Assembly (NCBI GenBank): GCA_945873395.1
Contig: CAMCCW010000001.1
Span: 22,467-86,466 of the forward strand
DNA: 64,000 nt
Direction of reading: 5' to 3'
Origin: an uncultured Lactobacillus sp.
Lineage (GTDB): Bacteria; Bacillota; Bacilli; Lactobacillales; Lactobacillaceae
The translations under genes and the position numbers were made by a program. Position 1 is the first letter of the stretch; each line of letters opens with the position of its first letter. The notes beneath the pieces were generated by a model. It worked only from the letters and a program-made list of their open reading frames with translations. It was not told the DNA's origin and ran no database searches. This document shows positions 37,057-47,088 of this stretch, in pieces.

Positions 37057-38979
37057 CTATGCCTCGGCAGTAGCAGTCTGCTTAGCGCGGTCGATCCCGG
37101 ATTCATCCGGCTTGAATTTATCAATAAAGTACAGCTTGTACCAAACGAGGAAGGTGTAGACCGTCCAGATCTTCCGCCGGCCATCGATCTTACCGTTGAA
37201 GTTATCATCGGCTAGTTTCAACAGCTTGTCCTGGTCGAAGAATTCGCTGACGAAGTCCTGTTCGAACATCTCACGAACGATCTCGTAGTACTTCTTCTCC
37301 CGCAGCCATTCACGGACTGGGGTTGGGAAACCAAGCTTAGGACGAGTAGCCCATTCTTCTGGCAGGTGCCGGTTGGCCGCCATCCGGAATGCCCACTTAG
37401 TCCCCTTGTAGTTAAAGAGGTAGTTGGTTGGCGTGGTTTCCGCCACCTTCATAACCTCTTTATCCAGCAGTGGAACCCGAATTTCAACTGAGTTAGCCAT
37501 ACTCATCTTGTCGGCCTTCAGGCAAATATCCCCAGGCATGAAGCGGTGCAAGTCCACGTATTGTTTCTTGGCCACTTCATTCATATCCTTCTTCTCGTCA
37601 CACTTGTCGTAAAGTGGCTTGAGGAGGTCGGTGATGGATGGACCGTTTTGGTAATCCGGCTTCAGGTATTCGTTGGCTTCGGTTGGGCTGAAAATGTAGG
37701 CCTGACCGATGAAGGTGTCGCGGGCTGGGGCCAGGTTCCGGTAAAGGTGTTCGGAACCGTGGAACTGCTTGCCTTCCAGCCACTTACCCAACTTGTACCG
37801 CTTTTCCTTTGGCAACTTCTTCAGTTGGTCAGTGATCCACCGCAGGAACTTAATCTTGGTGTTGAAACCGTAGGCCGTGTAACCAGCAAAGAGCTCATCG
37901 GCCCCTTCACCAGACAGGAGGGCCTTGTAGCCATTATCCTTAGCCAGCTTGTTCAGGAAGTAGAGCGGCACAACGGATGGGTTGGAGTCTGGTTCGTCCA
38001 AGTAATACTGGATCAGTGGGAAGGTCTTGAAGGCCTCCTCATCCGTCAACAGCTTGTCAGTGTTCTTCAACTTCAACTTGGCTGCCAGTTCACGGGCCTG
38101 CTTAGTTTCATCGTAACCACTGTCAAAACCGATGGAGAAGGTGTTGTTTGGCCGCATCAAGGCCGTTACCAAACTGGAGTCCACCCCAGCCGACAGGAAG
38201 GAACCAACCTTGATTCCCTTATCCGCAAAGGTGTGGGCCTTAACAGAGTCCTTAACCACGTTGTCGATGTTGTCAACGGCCTGGTCAAAGGTCTCATCCT
38301 TTGGTTCGAAGTCCTCGTCCCAGTACTGGGTCATCTCAAACTTCCCGTCCTTGTAGGTGAAGTAGTGGGCCTCTGGCAGGCGGTAAACACCCTTGAAGAA
38401 GGTTTCCTGGGTGACGTTGTACTGGAAAGTCATGTAAGACTTGAGGGCCCGCTTGTTCAACTCCATCTTGAAGTTCGGGTGGTCCAAGAAGGCCTTGATC
38501 TCAGAACCAACAAAGAAGGTCCCGTTCATCTTAGCGTAGTAGAGCGGCTTAATCCCAAAGTGGTCACGAGCACCGAACATTTCCTTCGTCTTCTTGTCCC
38601 AGATGATGAAGCCAAACATTCCCCGGAGCTTGTTGACAATGCCCTTGCCCCACTGTTCGTAACCGTGCAGGATAACCTCGGTGTCGGCATGGGTCTTGAA
38701 GGTGTGTCCGTCCTTGATTAATTCTTCACGCAGTTCTTCAAAGTTGTAGATTTCTCCATTGAATTCGATGATCTTGGAGCCATCCTCGTTAAAGATTGGC
38801 TGGTTACCGGACTTAACATCGACAAAGCTGAGTCGCCGGAAGCCAAGGGCGACATCATCATCCACGTACTGGCCCTCGGCATCGGGTCCCCGGTGAATGA
38901 TCCGGTCTTTCATTTTTTTGATTAATTGGTCCTTAATTTGTGGTTTTTCATTATCAACAAATGCAACAATCCCACACAT
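37057..38979 (-). CDS. asnB: Asparagine synthase (glutamine-hydrolysing), long AsnB/AsnH type
   Basis: 640 aa with the Ntn amidotransferase start MCGI and a PP-loop SAGVDSS. Confidence 0.9.
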   Translation of the reverse strand: MCGIVAFVDNEKPQIKDQLIKKMKDRIIHRGPDAEGQYVDDDVALGFRRLSFVDVKSGNQPIFNEDGSKIIEFNGEIYNFEELREELIKDGHTFKTHADTEVILHGYEQWGKGIVNKLRGMFGFIIWDKKTKEMFGARDHFGIKPLYYAKMNGTFFVGSEIKAFLDHPNFKMELNKRALKSYMTFQYNVTQETFFKGVYRLPEAHYFTYKDGKFEMTQYWDEDFEPKDETFDQAVDNIDNVVKDSVKAHTFADKGIKVGSFLSAGVDSSLVTALMRPNNTFSIGFDSGYDETKQARELAAKLKLKNTDKLLTDEEAFKTFPLIQYYLDEPDSNPSVVPLYFLNKLAKDNGYKALLSGEGADELFAGYTAYGFNTKIKFLRWITDQLKKLPKEKRYKLGKWLEGKQFHGSEHLYRNLAPARDTFIGQAYIFSPTEANEYLKPDYQNGPSITDLLKPLYDKCDEKKDMNEVAKKQYVDLHRFMPGDICLKADKMSMANSVEIRVPLLDKEVMKVAETTPTNYLFNYKGTKWAFRMAANRHLPEEWATRPKLGFPTPVREWLREKKYYEIVREMFEQDFVSEFFDQDKLLKLADDNFNGKIDGRRKIWTVYTFLVWYKLYFIDKFKPDESGIDRAKQTATAEA

Positions 38980-39164
38980 TCTAAAGTACCTCTTCTTTCC
39001 CTAGATTCATTAGCTGATCGCCTGGATGATTGTGGGTGGCGACCAGTAGAAAACAGTGCGTAATTAAACTCGAAACTAAATTATATCATATTCAGGCCAA
39101 TGATTCTGTAATATTGCCCCGTTCCTCCAAAATGACGTTTTCCCGGAGTGGAACTGGATGACCT

Positions 39165-39205
39165 AAAAAGGGGTCGTAACAAAAGCGACTTTTGCTACGA
39201 CCCCT
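39165..39205 (-). terminator. mnmG intrinsic terminator
   Basis: Minus strand: GGGGTCGTAGC...GTTACGACCCC followed by TTTTT. Confidence 0.8.
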
Positions 39206-39251
39206 TAAGGACCTAAGAAGCGGCGGTACAGCTGCCTCTGGTTCTTGACAA

Positions 39252-41195
39252 TTACTGTTCGTTCTTCTTGGAGAACTTACCCTGACGGACGTAGACACTC
39301 AGGATAGCGATATCAGCTGGGTTGACACCGGAGATCCGGGAAGCCTGGGCCAAAGTCTCTGGCCGGATCTTCTCCAGCTTCTGCCGACCTTCCGTTGCCA
39401 GGCCATCAATGCCCTCGTAGTCAATATCGGCTGGAATCCGCTTAGCTTCCATCCGCTTCATCCGTTCGACCTTGATCTCTTCCTTCTTAATGTAACCAGC
39501 GTACTTGAGCTGAATTTCAACCTGCTCAATCACGTGCCGGTCCAAGGTCTCCTGGGGAGCAGGGATAAAGTTCAGCAGGGTTTGGTAGTCGAAGTATGGC
39601 CGCTTCAGCAGGTCCGCGGCGGCGACCGCATCCTTCAGCCGGTTATCACCATGCTGCTCAATGAAGGTATTGATCTTCTCGTCACTTGGCTTGAGCTTGA
39701 TTGACTTCAGCCGCTTGATTTCAGCAGCCACCTTAGCCTTCTTGTCCTCCATCTTAGCCAGCCGTTCGTCACTGACCAGGCCGATCGCATGACCCTTCTC
39801 CATCAGGCGGAAGTCAGCGTTGTCGTGGCGGAGAATCAGCCGGTACTCGGCCCGACTCGTCAGCAGACGGTAGGGCTCCTTGGTCCCCTTGGTAACCAGG
39901 TCGTCGATCATGACTCCAATGTAAGCATCCGAACGCTTGAGGACAAACGGCTTCTTACCCTGGGCCCGCAGTCCGGCATTGATCCCGGCGATCAGGCCCT
40001 GGCCGGCCGCCTCTTCGTAACCGGAGGAACCGTTCGTCTGGCCCGCCGTGTAGAGGTTCTTAATAATCTTCGTCTCCAAAGTTGGGTGCAGCTGGTATGG
40101 GGCCACCACATCATACTCGATGGCGTATCCAGGCCGCATCAGTTCGGCATGTTCCAATCCCTTGATTGAGTGGACGATCTTGTTTTGGATTTCCTCAGGC
40201 ATGGAGGTTGAAACCCCATCGAGGTAGTACTCGTCAGTGTCCCGGCCCTCGGGTTCCAAGAAGACCTGGTGGCGGGACTTGTCAGCAAAGCGAACAATCT
40301 TATCTTCAATTGATGGGCAGTAACGTGGACCAACCCCCTTGATCACACCGGAGAACATCGGGGCCCGATTCAGGTTCGCTCGAATGATCCCGTGGGTCGT
40401 TGGGTTGGTGTAGGTCAGCCAGCAGGCCAGCTGGTCGCTGACGGAGATGTACTGACTATCTGGAGTGTCGAAGCTGAAGTGGTGCGGCTCCTCATCCCCA
40501 GGCTGGATGTCTGTTTCATCGAAGTTGATGGTGTTTCCATTGACCCGTGGCGGCGTCCCGGTCTTGAACCGTTCCAGATCAAAGCCGAGTTCTTCCAGGT
40601 TCTCTGACAACTTGACTGCGGACTTGGAGTTGTTGGGACCAGACTGGTACTGCAACTCACCGATGATGATCTTACCCCGGGCAGCCGTTCCTACCGTCAG
40701 GACAACCGTCTTAGCGTGGTAACGGGCACCGGTGTTGGTGATGACCCCCTTGCAAACGCCATCCTCAACGATCAACTTGTCAACCGTAGCTTGACGAAGA
40801 GTCAAGTTAGGTTCCCGTTCAATGGTCAGCTTCATCTGCCGGTGGTAGGCGTGCTTGTCGGCCTGGGCCCGCAATGCACGGACGGCCGGACCCTTCCCGG
40901 TGTTGAGCATCCGCATCTGAACATAGGTCTTGTCGATGTTATGGCCCATTTCACCACCAAGGGCATCGATCTCACGGACCACGATCCCCTTAGCTGGTCC
41001 CCCGACGGACGGGTTACATGGCATAAAAGCCACCATCTCTAGGCTGATCGTCACCAGCAAGGTCTTATTTCCCATCCGGGCAGCGGCTAAGGCAGCCTCA
41101 CTCCCGGCATGACCGGCACCGACAACAATGACATCATAGTCGCCGCCCTCGTACTGAACGGCGTCCGAAGTTTTTAATGATTCTGCAGACTTCAT
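39252..41195 (-). CDS. mnmG: tRNA uridine-5-carboxymethylaminomethyl(34) synthesis enzyme MnmG (GidA)
   Basis: 647 aa with the FAD motif [12 protein letters not shown]. Conserved position next to mnmE. Confidence 0.95.
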   Translation of the reverse strand: MKSAESLKTSDAVQYEGGDYDVIVVGAGHAGSEAALAAARMGNKTLLVTISLEMVAFMPCNPSVGGPAKGIVVREIDALGGEMGHNIDKTYVQMRMLNTGKGPAVRALRAQADKHAYHRQMKLTIEREPNLTLRQATVDKLIVEDGVCKGVITNTGARYHAKTVVLTVGTAARGKIIIGELQYQSGPNNSKSAVKLSENLEELGFDLERFKTGTPPRVNGNTINFDETDIQPGDEEPHHFSFDTPDSQYISVSDQLACWLTYTNPTTHGIIRANLNRAPMFSGVIKGVGPRYCPSIEDKIVRFADKSRHQVFLEPEGRDTDEYYLDGVSTSMPEEIQNKIVHSIKGLEHAELMRPGYAIEYDVVAPYQLHPTLETKIIKNLYTAGQTNGSSGYEEAAGQGLIAGINAGLRAQGKKPFVLKRSDAYIGVMIDDLVTKGTKEPYRLLTSRAEYRLILRHDNADFRLMEKGHAIGLVSDERLAKMEDKKAKVAAEIKRLKSIKLKPSDEKINTFIEQHGDNRLKDAVAAADLLKRPYFDYQTLLNFIPAPQETLDRHVIEQVEIQLKYAGYIKKEEIKVERMKRMEAKRIPADIDYEGIDGLATEGRQKLEKIRPETLAQASRISGVNPADIAILSVYVRQGKFSKKNEQ

Positions 41196-41203
41196 AACTT
41201 TCC

Positions 41204-42592
41204 CTACTTTCCTAGGCAGAATTGACTAAACAATTGATCGAGCAGTTCGTCCTGATAACTATCCCCGGTAATCTCACCGAGCAGGTCCCAGCACCGGGTC
41301 ATATCGATCTGGACCAGGTCGACCGGCATGCCATCCGCAATCCCCTTCAAGACATCGTTCAAGGCGTCGTTAGCCTGGTGGAGGAGACCGATGTGACGAG
41401 CATTGGTAACCATGACATTGTTCTGGCTGCTCTCGATTCCCTGGTCAAAGAACATGTGGCTGATCTGCTGACCAAGTTGGTCCATCCCCTCGTGCTTGAC
41501 GATCGAGGTCTCGATTAGCGCATCATCACCTACCAGTTCCTTCAGCCGGTCCAGGTCCAGCTTACTTGGCAGGTCAGTCTTATTTAAGATAACGATCCGT
41601 TGTTTGTCCTTCGTTGCTTCCAGCAGCTTCTCATCCTCATCCGTCAGTGGTTCAGAGTTGTCAATTAGCAGCAGGACCAGGTCGGCCGCATCCAGAGCTT
41701 TCCGACTTCGCTCCACCCCGATTTTCTCAACCGTATCGGCAGTGTCGCGAATCCCCGCAGTATCAATCAGCTTTAACGGCACGCCATTGACGTTGACGTA
41801 CTCTTCAATTACGTCCCGGGTGGTCCCGGCTACGTTGGTCACGATCGCCTTGTCCTCGTGAAGCAGCGAGTTCAGGAGACTGGACTTACCGACGTTGGGC
41901 CGGCCAATAATCGCAGTGGCCAGGCCCTCACGCAGAACTTTCCCCTGCTTAGCTGTCTTGAGCAAAGCCTGGATCCGTTGTTGGATGTCCGTAGCCTTCT
42001 CTTTCAAGATCTTGGTCGTCATTTCTTCAACATCATCATATTCAGGATAGTCAATGTTGACCTCAACTTGGGCCAAAACATCCAGAATATCCTTCCGCAA
42101 GTGCCGGATCAAACGGGAGAGATCTCCATCCAATTGGTTCAGGGCCACCTTCATTGACTTGTCCGTCTTGGCGCGAATCAGGTCCATTACCGCCTCAGAC
42201 TGGGAAAGGTCGAGCCGCCCGTTCAGGAAGGCCCGTTTTGTGAACTCACCTGGTTCGGCCATCCGGGCCCCGTAGCTCAACACTAATTGGAGGATCCGGT
42301 TAGTAGCGAGCAGACCACCGTGACAGTTAATTTCAACCACGTCTTCACGGGTATAAGTGTGTGGTGCCAGCATCACTGAAACCATCACCTCGTCGACCTC
42401 TTGCTTAGTGTCGGGATCAACAATGTGACCGTAGTTAATCGTATGACTGGCCACCTTACTGAGGTCCTTACCCTTGTAGATCCGCTGTGCCACCTTGAGG
42501 GCATCATCACCGCTAATCCGAATGATTGAGATACCACCCTCGCCGACCGGGGTCGAGATAGCTGCGATCGTATCCGCCTCACTGTTTGCCAT
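41204..42592 (-). CDS. mnmE: tRNA modification GTPase MnmE (TrmE)
   Basis: G1 [13 protein letters not shown]3 DTAGIR, C-terminal FCLGK. ATG 42592 after AAAGGAG is preferred to the GTG at 42601. Confidence 0.95.
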   Translation of the reverse strand: MANSEADTIAAISTPVGEGGISIIRISGDDALKVAQRIYKGKDLSKVASHTINYGHIVDPDTKQEVDEVMVSVMLAPHTYTREDVVEINCHGGLLATNRILQLVLSYGARMAEPGEFTKRAFLNGRLDLSQSEAVMDLIRAKTDKSMKVALNQLDGDLSRLIRHLRKDILDVLAQVEVNIDYPEYDDVEEMTTKILKEKATDIQQRIQALLKTAKQGKVLREGLATAIIGRPNVGKSSLLNSLLHEDKAIVTNVAGTTRDVIEEYVNVNGVPLKLIDTAGIRDTADTVEKIGVERSRKALDAADLVLLLIDNSEPLTDEDEKLLEATKDKQRIVILNKTDLPSKLDLDRLKELVGDDALIETSIVKHEGMDQLGQQISHMFFDQGIESSQNNVMVTNARHIGLLHQANDALNDVLKGIADGMPVDLVQIDMTRCWDLLGEITGDSYQDELLDQLFSQFCLGK

Positions 42593-42611
42593 TACTTGCA
42601 CTCCTTTCTAA

Positions 42612-42671
42612 TAAAAAAAGTGCCCAGTCCACGTCTGAAGGCATTTCTGCCATCACCATGGTCAAAGCACT
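42612..42671 (-). terminator. Terminator-like hairpin plus T7 run about 20 nt upstream of the mnmE start
   Basis: Minus strand: AGTGC...(imperfect arms, inner GGCA-gaaa-TGCC)...GCACT followed by TTTTTTT. Confidence 0.45.
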
Positions 42672-42709
42672 TTCACTACTTTAACTAATTTAATTTGATA
42701 ACCGACAAT

Positions 42710-42738
42710 ATTCTAAAATCATCAATGGTAAATGTCAA
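42710..42738 (-). promoter_or_regulatory. Candidate promoter for mnmE-mnmG
   Basis: Minus strand: TTGACA (42738-42733), 17-nt spacer, TAGAAT (42715-42710). Confidence 0.5.
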
Positions 42739-42753
42739 CCAAAGACTTTCCGC

Positions 42754-43551
42754 CTAGTTCTGTGGGGCCACTACCACACTCCGGTAGGGTTCACGGCCAT
42801 GTGAGTAAGTCTTTACATGGGGGTTATCCTCCAGCTCTTTATGCAGCTGCTTACGTTCTCGGGCTGGCATCGGGTCGAGGAAGACGGCCTGTCCGCTGGC
42901 CACCACCTCAGTTTCGGCACGCTGAGCCAGTTCATGGAGAGTCTGCCGACGACGTTCACGGTAATCCGAGGTATCAAGCATGACCACCGTCTTCGGGGCC
43001 CCATGGTAGTTCATAAAGACATTACTCAGTTGTTCCATGGCATTGATCCGCTGACCATGGCGGCCAATAACCCGGCCCGGCTCTGGTGACTTGATGTCAA
43101 TCGTGATTGCATGGGCCTCGACCGCCTTGATCGTCGGTACAGTGCCGATTCCTAAGGTTTTAAATACCCCCTGTAAGTATTCCACCAGTTGATCACCGGC
43201 AGTCCGAACCTTTTTGATGTTAGCGGCGTGGCGGGCTTTGATGACAGCTGGATCCAAGTCATCCCCAGCCGCTGTAGTAGGCTTCGCTGCTGGCCGCTTG
43301 TTAGCAATTGGGGCCGGTGTAGCCGACTTGGTTGCTTGTGACTTCACCACATCCTTAGCCGGGGCTGGTGACTTGGGTTTGCGGACAACGACTTTTTGAG
43401 CATCAATTCTGGCGAGCCGCCGACCGATTCCCAGGAAACCATGACGCGGTTCTTGAAGGACCTTAACCGTCAGCTGGTCAGCTGAAACCCCGAGGCCTAC
43501 ACTAGCTGCCCGCTTGGCTTCTTCAATTGTTTTACCAGTATAGATTGGCAT
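42754..43551 (-). CDS. jag: RNA-binding protein Jag/KhpB (Jag_N, KH and R3H domains)
   Basis: 265 aa in the conserved position after yidC. It has an N-terminal Jag-like start (MPIYTGKTIEEA), a central basic linker and a C-terminal KH/R3H pattern. Confidence 0.85.
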   Translation of the reverse strand: MPIYTGKTIEEAKRAASVGLGVSADQLTVKVLQEPRHGFLGIGRRLARIDAQKVVVRKPKSPAPAKDVVKSQATKSATPAPIANKRPAAKPTTAAGDDLDPAVIKARHAANIKKVRTAGDQLVEYLQGVFKTLGIGTVPTIKAVEAHAITIDIKSPEPGRVIGRHGQRINAMEQLSNVFMNYHGAPKTVVMLDTSDYRERRRQTLHELAQRAETEVVASGQAVFLDPMPARERKQLHKELEDNPHVKTYSHGREPYRSVVVAPQN

Positions 43552-43616
43552 CTTAATTCATTCCTTTGTATCGAGTTCTTCTATAATATTGTACCTTGTT
43601 CGTCAATGACGAGCTA

Positions 43617-43650
43617 ACAAAAAAGCCGACCACCATCCGCGGTGCTCGAC
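43617..43650 (-). terminator. Weak hairpin terminator after yidC
   Basis: Minus strand: GTCGAGCACC...GGTGGTCGGC (8 of 10 paired) followed by TTTTTT. Confidence 0.4.
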
Positions 43651-43663
43651 TTCAATTGATAAA

Positions 43664-44497
43664 TTACTTCCGACGACTCTGGTAGGCACGGCGCTTAGCT
43701 TTTTCCAGCTTCCGCTTTTTATGCCGTTCCTCACGTTGCCGTTCTTCTCGTTCCCGACGAATCTTGAATGGATTCTGAATCAACAGAGTCTGAACCACTT
43801 GGAAGGCGTTAGAAACCACCCAGTACAGGGTGATTGCAGAGGAGAATCCCAGGGCCATGAAGAATACCATGATTGGCATGAACCAGGTCATCACAGTCGT
43901 CATTCCGTTCCGCTCTGGCATTGAGGCCATTGACAGCCACGAGCTGATGAAGGTAAAGAGGGCAGACAGTACTGGCATGACATAGTACGGGTCGGTGTGT
44001 CCTAGTTGCATCCAGAGGAAGGTCCCCTGCTTCAATTCAGGGGTCCGCCAGATAGCCTGGTACAGGGCCCACATGATTGGCAACTGAATCAGCAGTGGCA
44101 ACATGGAAGCCATCGGGTTAACCCCAGCTTCCTTGTAAAGCTTCCGCGATTCTTCCTGCAATTTCATCATTGATTCACGATCTCGTGATGAGTACTTCTT
44201 TTGCAGAGCCTTCATCTTCGGTGCTAGTTCCTGCGTCTTCATCATCGTCTTCGTCTGGTAGAACATCAATGGTAACAATAGTACCCGGATGATCAGCGTA
44301 AAGACAATGATCCCCATCCCGTAACCGCCAATGTGGTTAGAAAGCCAAATGATAAATTGCGAGAAATTATAAACAATGTAGTGGTCCCACAGGCCGGTAC
44401 TGTGTTTAGTAACCGGTGCATTGGAGCAAGCTGCCAGCAGCAACGTCAAACTCATGACCGCTGACAGGCTTAAGATCTTTTTTCGTTTCTTTGTCAA
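43664..44497 (-). CDS. yidC: Membrane protein insertase YidC (lipoprotein type)
   Basis: YidC/Oxa1 core with a basic C-terminal tail and a lipobox LLLAAC. TTG 44497 after GAGGAA is preferred. The ORF track starts at 44518, which overlaps rnpA. Confidence 0.88.
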   Translation of the reverse strand: MTKKRKKILSLSAVMSLTLLLAACSNAPVTKHSTGLWDHYIVYNFSQFIIWLSNHIGGYGMGIIVFTLIIRVLLLPLMFYQTKTMMKTQELAPKMKALQKKYSSRDRESMMKLQEESRKLYKEAGVNPMASMLPLLIQLPIMWALYQAIWRTPELKQGTFLWMQLGHTDPYYVMPVLSALFTFISSWLSMASMPERNGMTTVMTWFMPIMVFFMALGFSSAITLYWVVSNAFQVVQTLLIQNPFKIRREREERQREERHKKRKLEKAKRRAYQSRRK

Positions 44498-44507
44498 AAC
44501 GTGTTCC

Positions 44508-44852
44508 TCACTTTTCATTCAATAGGTCTGCCCGCTTTAAGGCGTGGACAAGATTCTTCTTCACTTCTGGCATCTCAAGACCATCCGCGGCGGGACGGGC
44601 GATTACCAGGAAGTCGACATCTGACTTGAGCTGGGGTTTGACCTCCAATAAGGTCTGTCGAATCCGGCGCTTTACCCAGTTACGGTGAACAGCATTACCG
44701 ATCTTTTTACCGACAGAGATTCCCACGCGAAAATGCTTTTGGCCTGGCTTGGCCATTTTGTAAATGATGAATTTACGGTTGGCGACGGAATTATGGGTTT
44801 CAAAGACCCGTTGAAACTCACTTTCCTTTTTAACTCGGTATGATTTTCTCAT
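44508..44852 (-). CDS. rnpA: Ribonuclease P protein component
   Basis: 114-aa basic protein in the conserved position after rpmH, with an RNR-type motif ([12 protein letters not shown]). Confidence 0.9.
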   Translation of the reverse strand: MRKSYRVKKESEFQRVFETHNSVANRKFIIYKMAKPGQKHFRVGISVGKKIGNAVHRNWVKRRIRQTLLEVKPQLKSDVDFLVIARPAADGLEMPEVKKNLVHALKRADLLNEK

Positions 44853-44945
44853 TTGTATAATCCCTAGCCTTACATTTAGATATGAAAAAAGGGCCAGGCA
44901 AACAATCGCTAACTAAACAAAGCGGCCTGCCCTGCCCTAACACAA

Positions 44946-44971
44946 TAAAAAAAGCCACTATAAAAGTGGCC
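44946..44971 (-). terminator. Hairpin terminator between rpmH and rnpA
   Basis: Minus strand: GCCACT-tttat-AGTGGC followed by TTTTTTT. Confidence 0.7.
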
Positions 44972-44977
44972 GTGTGG

Positions 44978-45112
44978 TTATGCAGATAATACTTTTCTGC
45001 CCTTTTGACGCCGACGTGCTAATACCTTACGGCCGTTACTGGTGCTCATGCGCTTACGGAAGCCATGGACACGTGCACGGTGACGCTTCTTTGGTTGAAA
45101 CGTGCGCTTCAT
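44978..45112 (-). CDS. rpmH: 50S ribosomal protein L34
   Basis: Hand translation gives [44 protein letters not shown] (44 aa). It is below the 60-aa cut-off of the ORF track. Confidence 0.95.
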   Translation of the reverse strand: MKRTFQPKKRHRARVHGFRKRMSTSNGRKVLARRRQKGRKVLSA

Positions 45113-45244
45113 ACAATTGCACCTCCTATTCAATTGAATGGGTTTGCTTCTAGTCTAAAAAGACGTTCTCTTCAAACATACTTTGGAAGTATACCATACT
45201 TTTGGCAATTAATAAATGGCTAAAATTTATTTTAAATTTTTTAT

Positions 45245-45544
45245 TTATCCACAGAACGATAAAAACTATGCACAGGCATGTGCAAGATATTTGGTTGTGG
45301 AAAACTATCCACCACAATATCTTGTAGTTATGCACAATTCACACCCTGTGATTTGAGTTATCCACAGCCCGGTGAGTTGCTGTTCATAACTGTCTCAAAC
45401 ACCGTCGTTATCGCATTTACTTATCCACAGATATTGTGTATTCTCTTGTTTATGATATTAAAACCCACAAAATCAACAACGTTTACCAAAAATACCACAC
45501 AGTGTTGTGTAAAGAACTTTTGCACTTATCCACCCTGTGGAAAA
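45245..45544. other. oriC, upstream DnaA-box cluster (rpmH-dnaA intergenic)
   Basis: Perfect TTATCCACA at 45245, 45358 and 45421. TTATCCACC at 45526, TTATGCACA at 45328, and inverted TGTGGAAAA at 45296 and 45536. Confidence 0.85.
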
Positions 45545-45602
45545 CTTTTTAATGTAATGATAAAATACCGTTTGGAATTTTATATACTTAGGAGGAATTA
45601 TT

Positions 45603-46922
45603 TTGACTGAGCTCGATTCTCTGTGGGAAGCGATCCAAAATTCATTCCGTCAAAATACCACTAAGGTAACTTTTGACACTTTGATTGCTCCGGCAAAAGC
45701 AATTTCTCTCTCCCAAAACCAACTAACCGTTTTGACGCCGACCCCGATTCACCGGGATTTCTGGCGGCAAAATCTAGATGCCAAACTCAAAGAATACGCC
45801 AGGTTAGAACTGGGGCACGATATTGAGCCACGGTACGTTTTAGAGAGTGAGATTAACCCTACCCCCGATAAAAATACGGCGGCAAAACCGACTTTCGAAA
45901 TGGATACCCCGCTTAATCCCCACTATAATTTCAGTACCTTCGTTGTCGGCGAAGGTAATAAGATGGCCCACGCAGCAGCATATGCAGTTGCCGAAAGTCC
46001 CGGCGGCCTATACAACCCCCTCTTCATTTATGGGGGCGTTGGTCTTGGTAAGACCCACTTAATGGAAGCCATCGGGAACCACATGCTGCAGGCCAACCCT
46101 AAAGCCAAGGTTAAGTACATCACCAGTGAAGAATTTACAAATGACTTCATCAACTCCATCCAGAGCAATTCTATGGAGAAGTTTCGTGAAGAATACCGGA
46201 ACCTTGACCTACTCTTAATCGACGATATCCAGTTTCTTGCCACAAAGGAAGGAACCCAGTTGGAGTTCTTCTACACCTTCAACGCCCTACATGACCGGAA
46301 GAAACAGATTGTTATGACGTCCGATCGCATTCCTAATGAGATCCCAGAACTGCAGGATCGTCTGGTATCACGTTTCCGCTGGGGATTACCAGTTGAAATT
46401 ACCCCACCAGACCTCGAAACGCGAATCGCCATTCTGCGGAGCAAGGTCGAGGAGGACCACATCCAGATCGGCAACGACACCCTGAACTACATTGCCGGTC
46501 AAATTGACACCAACATTCGGGAACTGGAAGGCGCCCTGAACCAGGTGCAAGCATTTGCCAACCTCAGTGGAGAACCAATCACGCCACACCTCGCCTCCCA
46601 AGCCTTGAAGGGACTACGGCAAAAGCAGCAGACCACCATCTCCATTGCCGAGATTCAAAAACAGGTGGCTAGTTTCTACAATATTACCCAAAGCGATATC
46701 CTGGGAAAGAAGCGGGTCAAGCAGATTGTTGTTCCCCGCCAAATCGCCATGTATCTCTCCCGAGAGCTGACTGACTTCTCCCTTCCTAAAATTGGGAACG
46801 AATTTGGTGGAAAGGACCACACGACCGTTCTTCACGCCATCGATAAAATCGAAGCCGCGCTTAAGAAAGATACCGACTTACAAAAGGATATCAATAATCT
46901 AAAGGAGCGCCTCCATTCATAG
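45603..46922 (+). CDS. dnaA: Chromosomal replication initiator protein DnaA
   Basis: 439 aa with the AAA+ Walker [11 protein letters not shown] and a C-terminal DnaA-box binding domain. TTG start 7 nt after AGGAGG. Confidence 0.97.
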   Translation: MTELDSLWEAIQNSFRQNTTKVTFDTLIAPAKAISLSQNQLTVLTPTPIHRDFWRQNLDAKLKEYARLELGHDIEPRYVLESEINPTPDKNTAAKPTFEMDTPLNPHYNFSTFVVGEGNKMAHAAAYAVAESPGGLYNPLFIYGGVGLGKTHLMEAIGNHMLQANPKAKVKYITSEEFTNDFINSIQSNSMEKFREEYRNLDLLLIDDIQFLATKEGTQLEFFYTFNALHDRKKQIVMTSDRIPNEIPELQDRLVSRFRWGLPVEITPPDLETRIAILRSKVEEDHIQIGNDTLNYIAGQIDTNIRELEGALNQVQAFANLSGEPITPHLASQALKGLRQKQQTTISIAEIQKQVASFYNITQSDILGKKRVKQIVVPRQIAMYLSRELTDFSLPKIGNEFGGKDHTTVLHAIDKIEAALKKDTDLQKDINNLKERLHS

Positions 46923-46942
46923 CCTGTGCACAACTCAGGAAG

Positions 46943-47073
46943 TTATCCGCATTTTTATCCACAGGTTATCAACAACTATTTTAGCTTAATATCAAGGGGT
47001 TTGGGTACTTATCCACAGTATTAACATTCCCTACTACTACGACTATTTTAAACTATAAAATATATTTATATAT
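46943..47073. other. oriC, downstream DnaA-box cluster plus AT-rich unwinding region (dnaA-dnaN intergenic)
   Basis: TTATCCGCA at 46943, TTATCCACA at 46955 and 47009, TTATCAACA at 46966. An AT-rich stretch ATTTTAAACTATAAAATATATTTATATATAA follows at 47044-47073. Confidence 0.8.
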
Positions 47074-47088
47074 AAGGAGCAATCACCA

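Noticed and set aside
37546-38721. 391-aa ORF on the plus strand
   Set aside because: It lies entirely antisense to asnB, whose product has clear catalytic motifs. Its translation is low-complexity (V/L/G/Q-rich) with no start context. This is a typical shadow ORF of a codon-biased gene.
38980-39251. asnB 5' leader as a T-box or riboswitch
   Set aside because: It contains an extended -10 promoter (TGATATAAT) and one 9-bp hairpin (CTGGTCGCC...GGCGATCAG). It has no T-box sequence, no terminator and no recognisable aptamer core.
45150-45610. ORFs of 61 aa (minus strand) and 110 aa (plus strand) between rpmH and dnaA
   Set aside because: They lie in the DnaA-box cluster of oriC. The sequence is AT-rich with no SD, and the position is non-coding in the origins I know.
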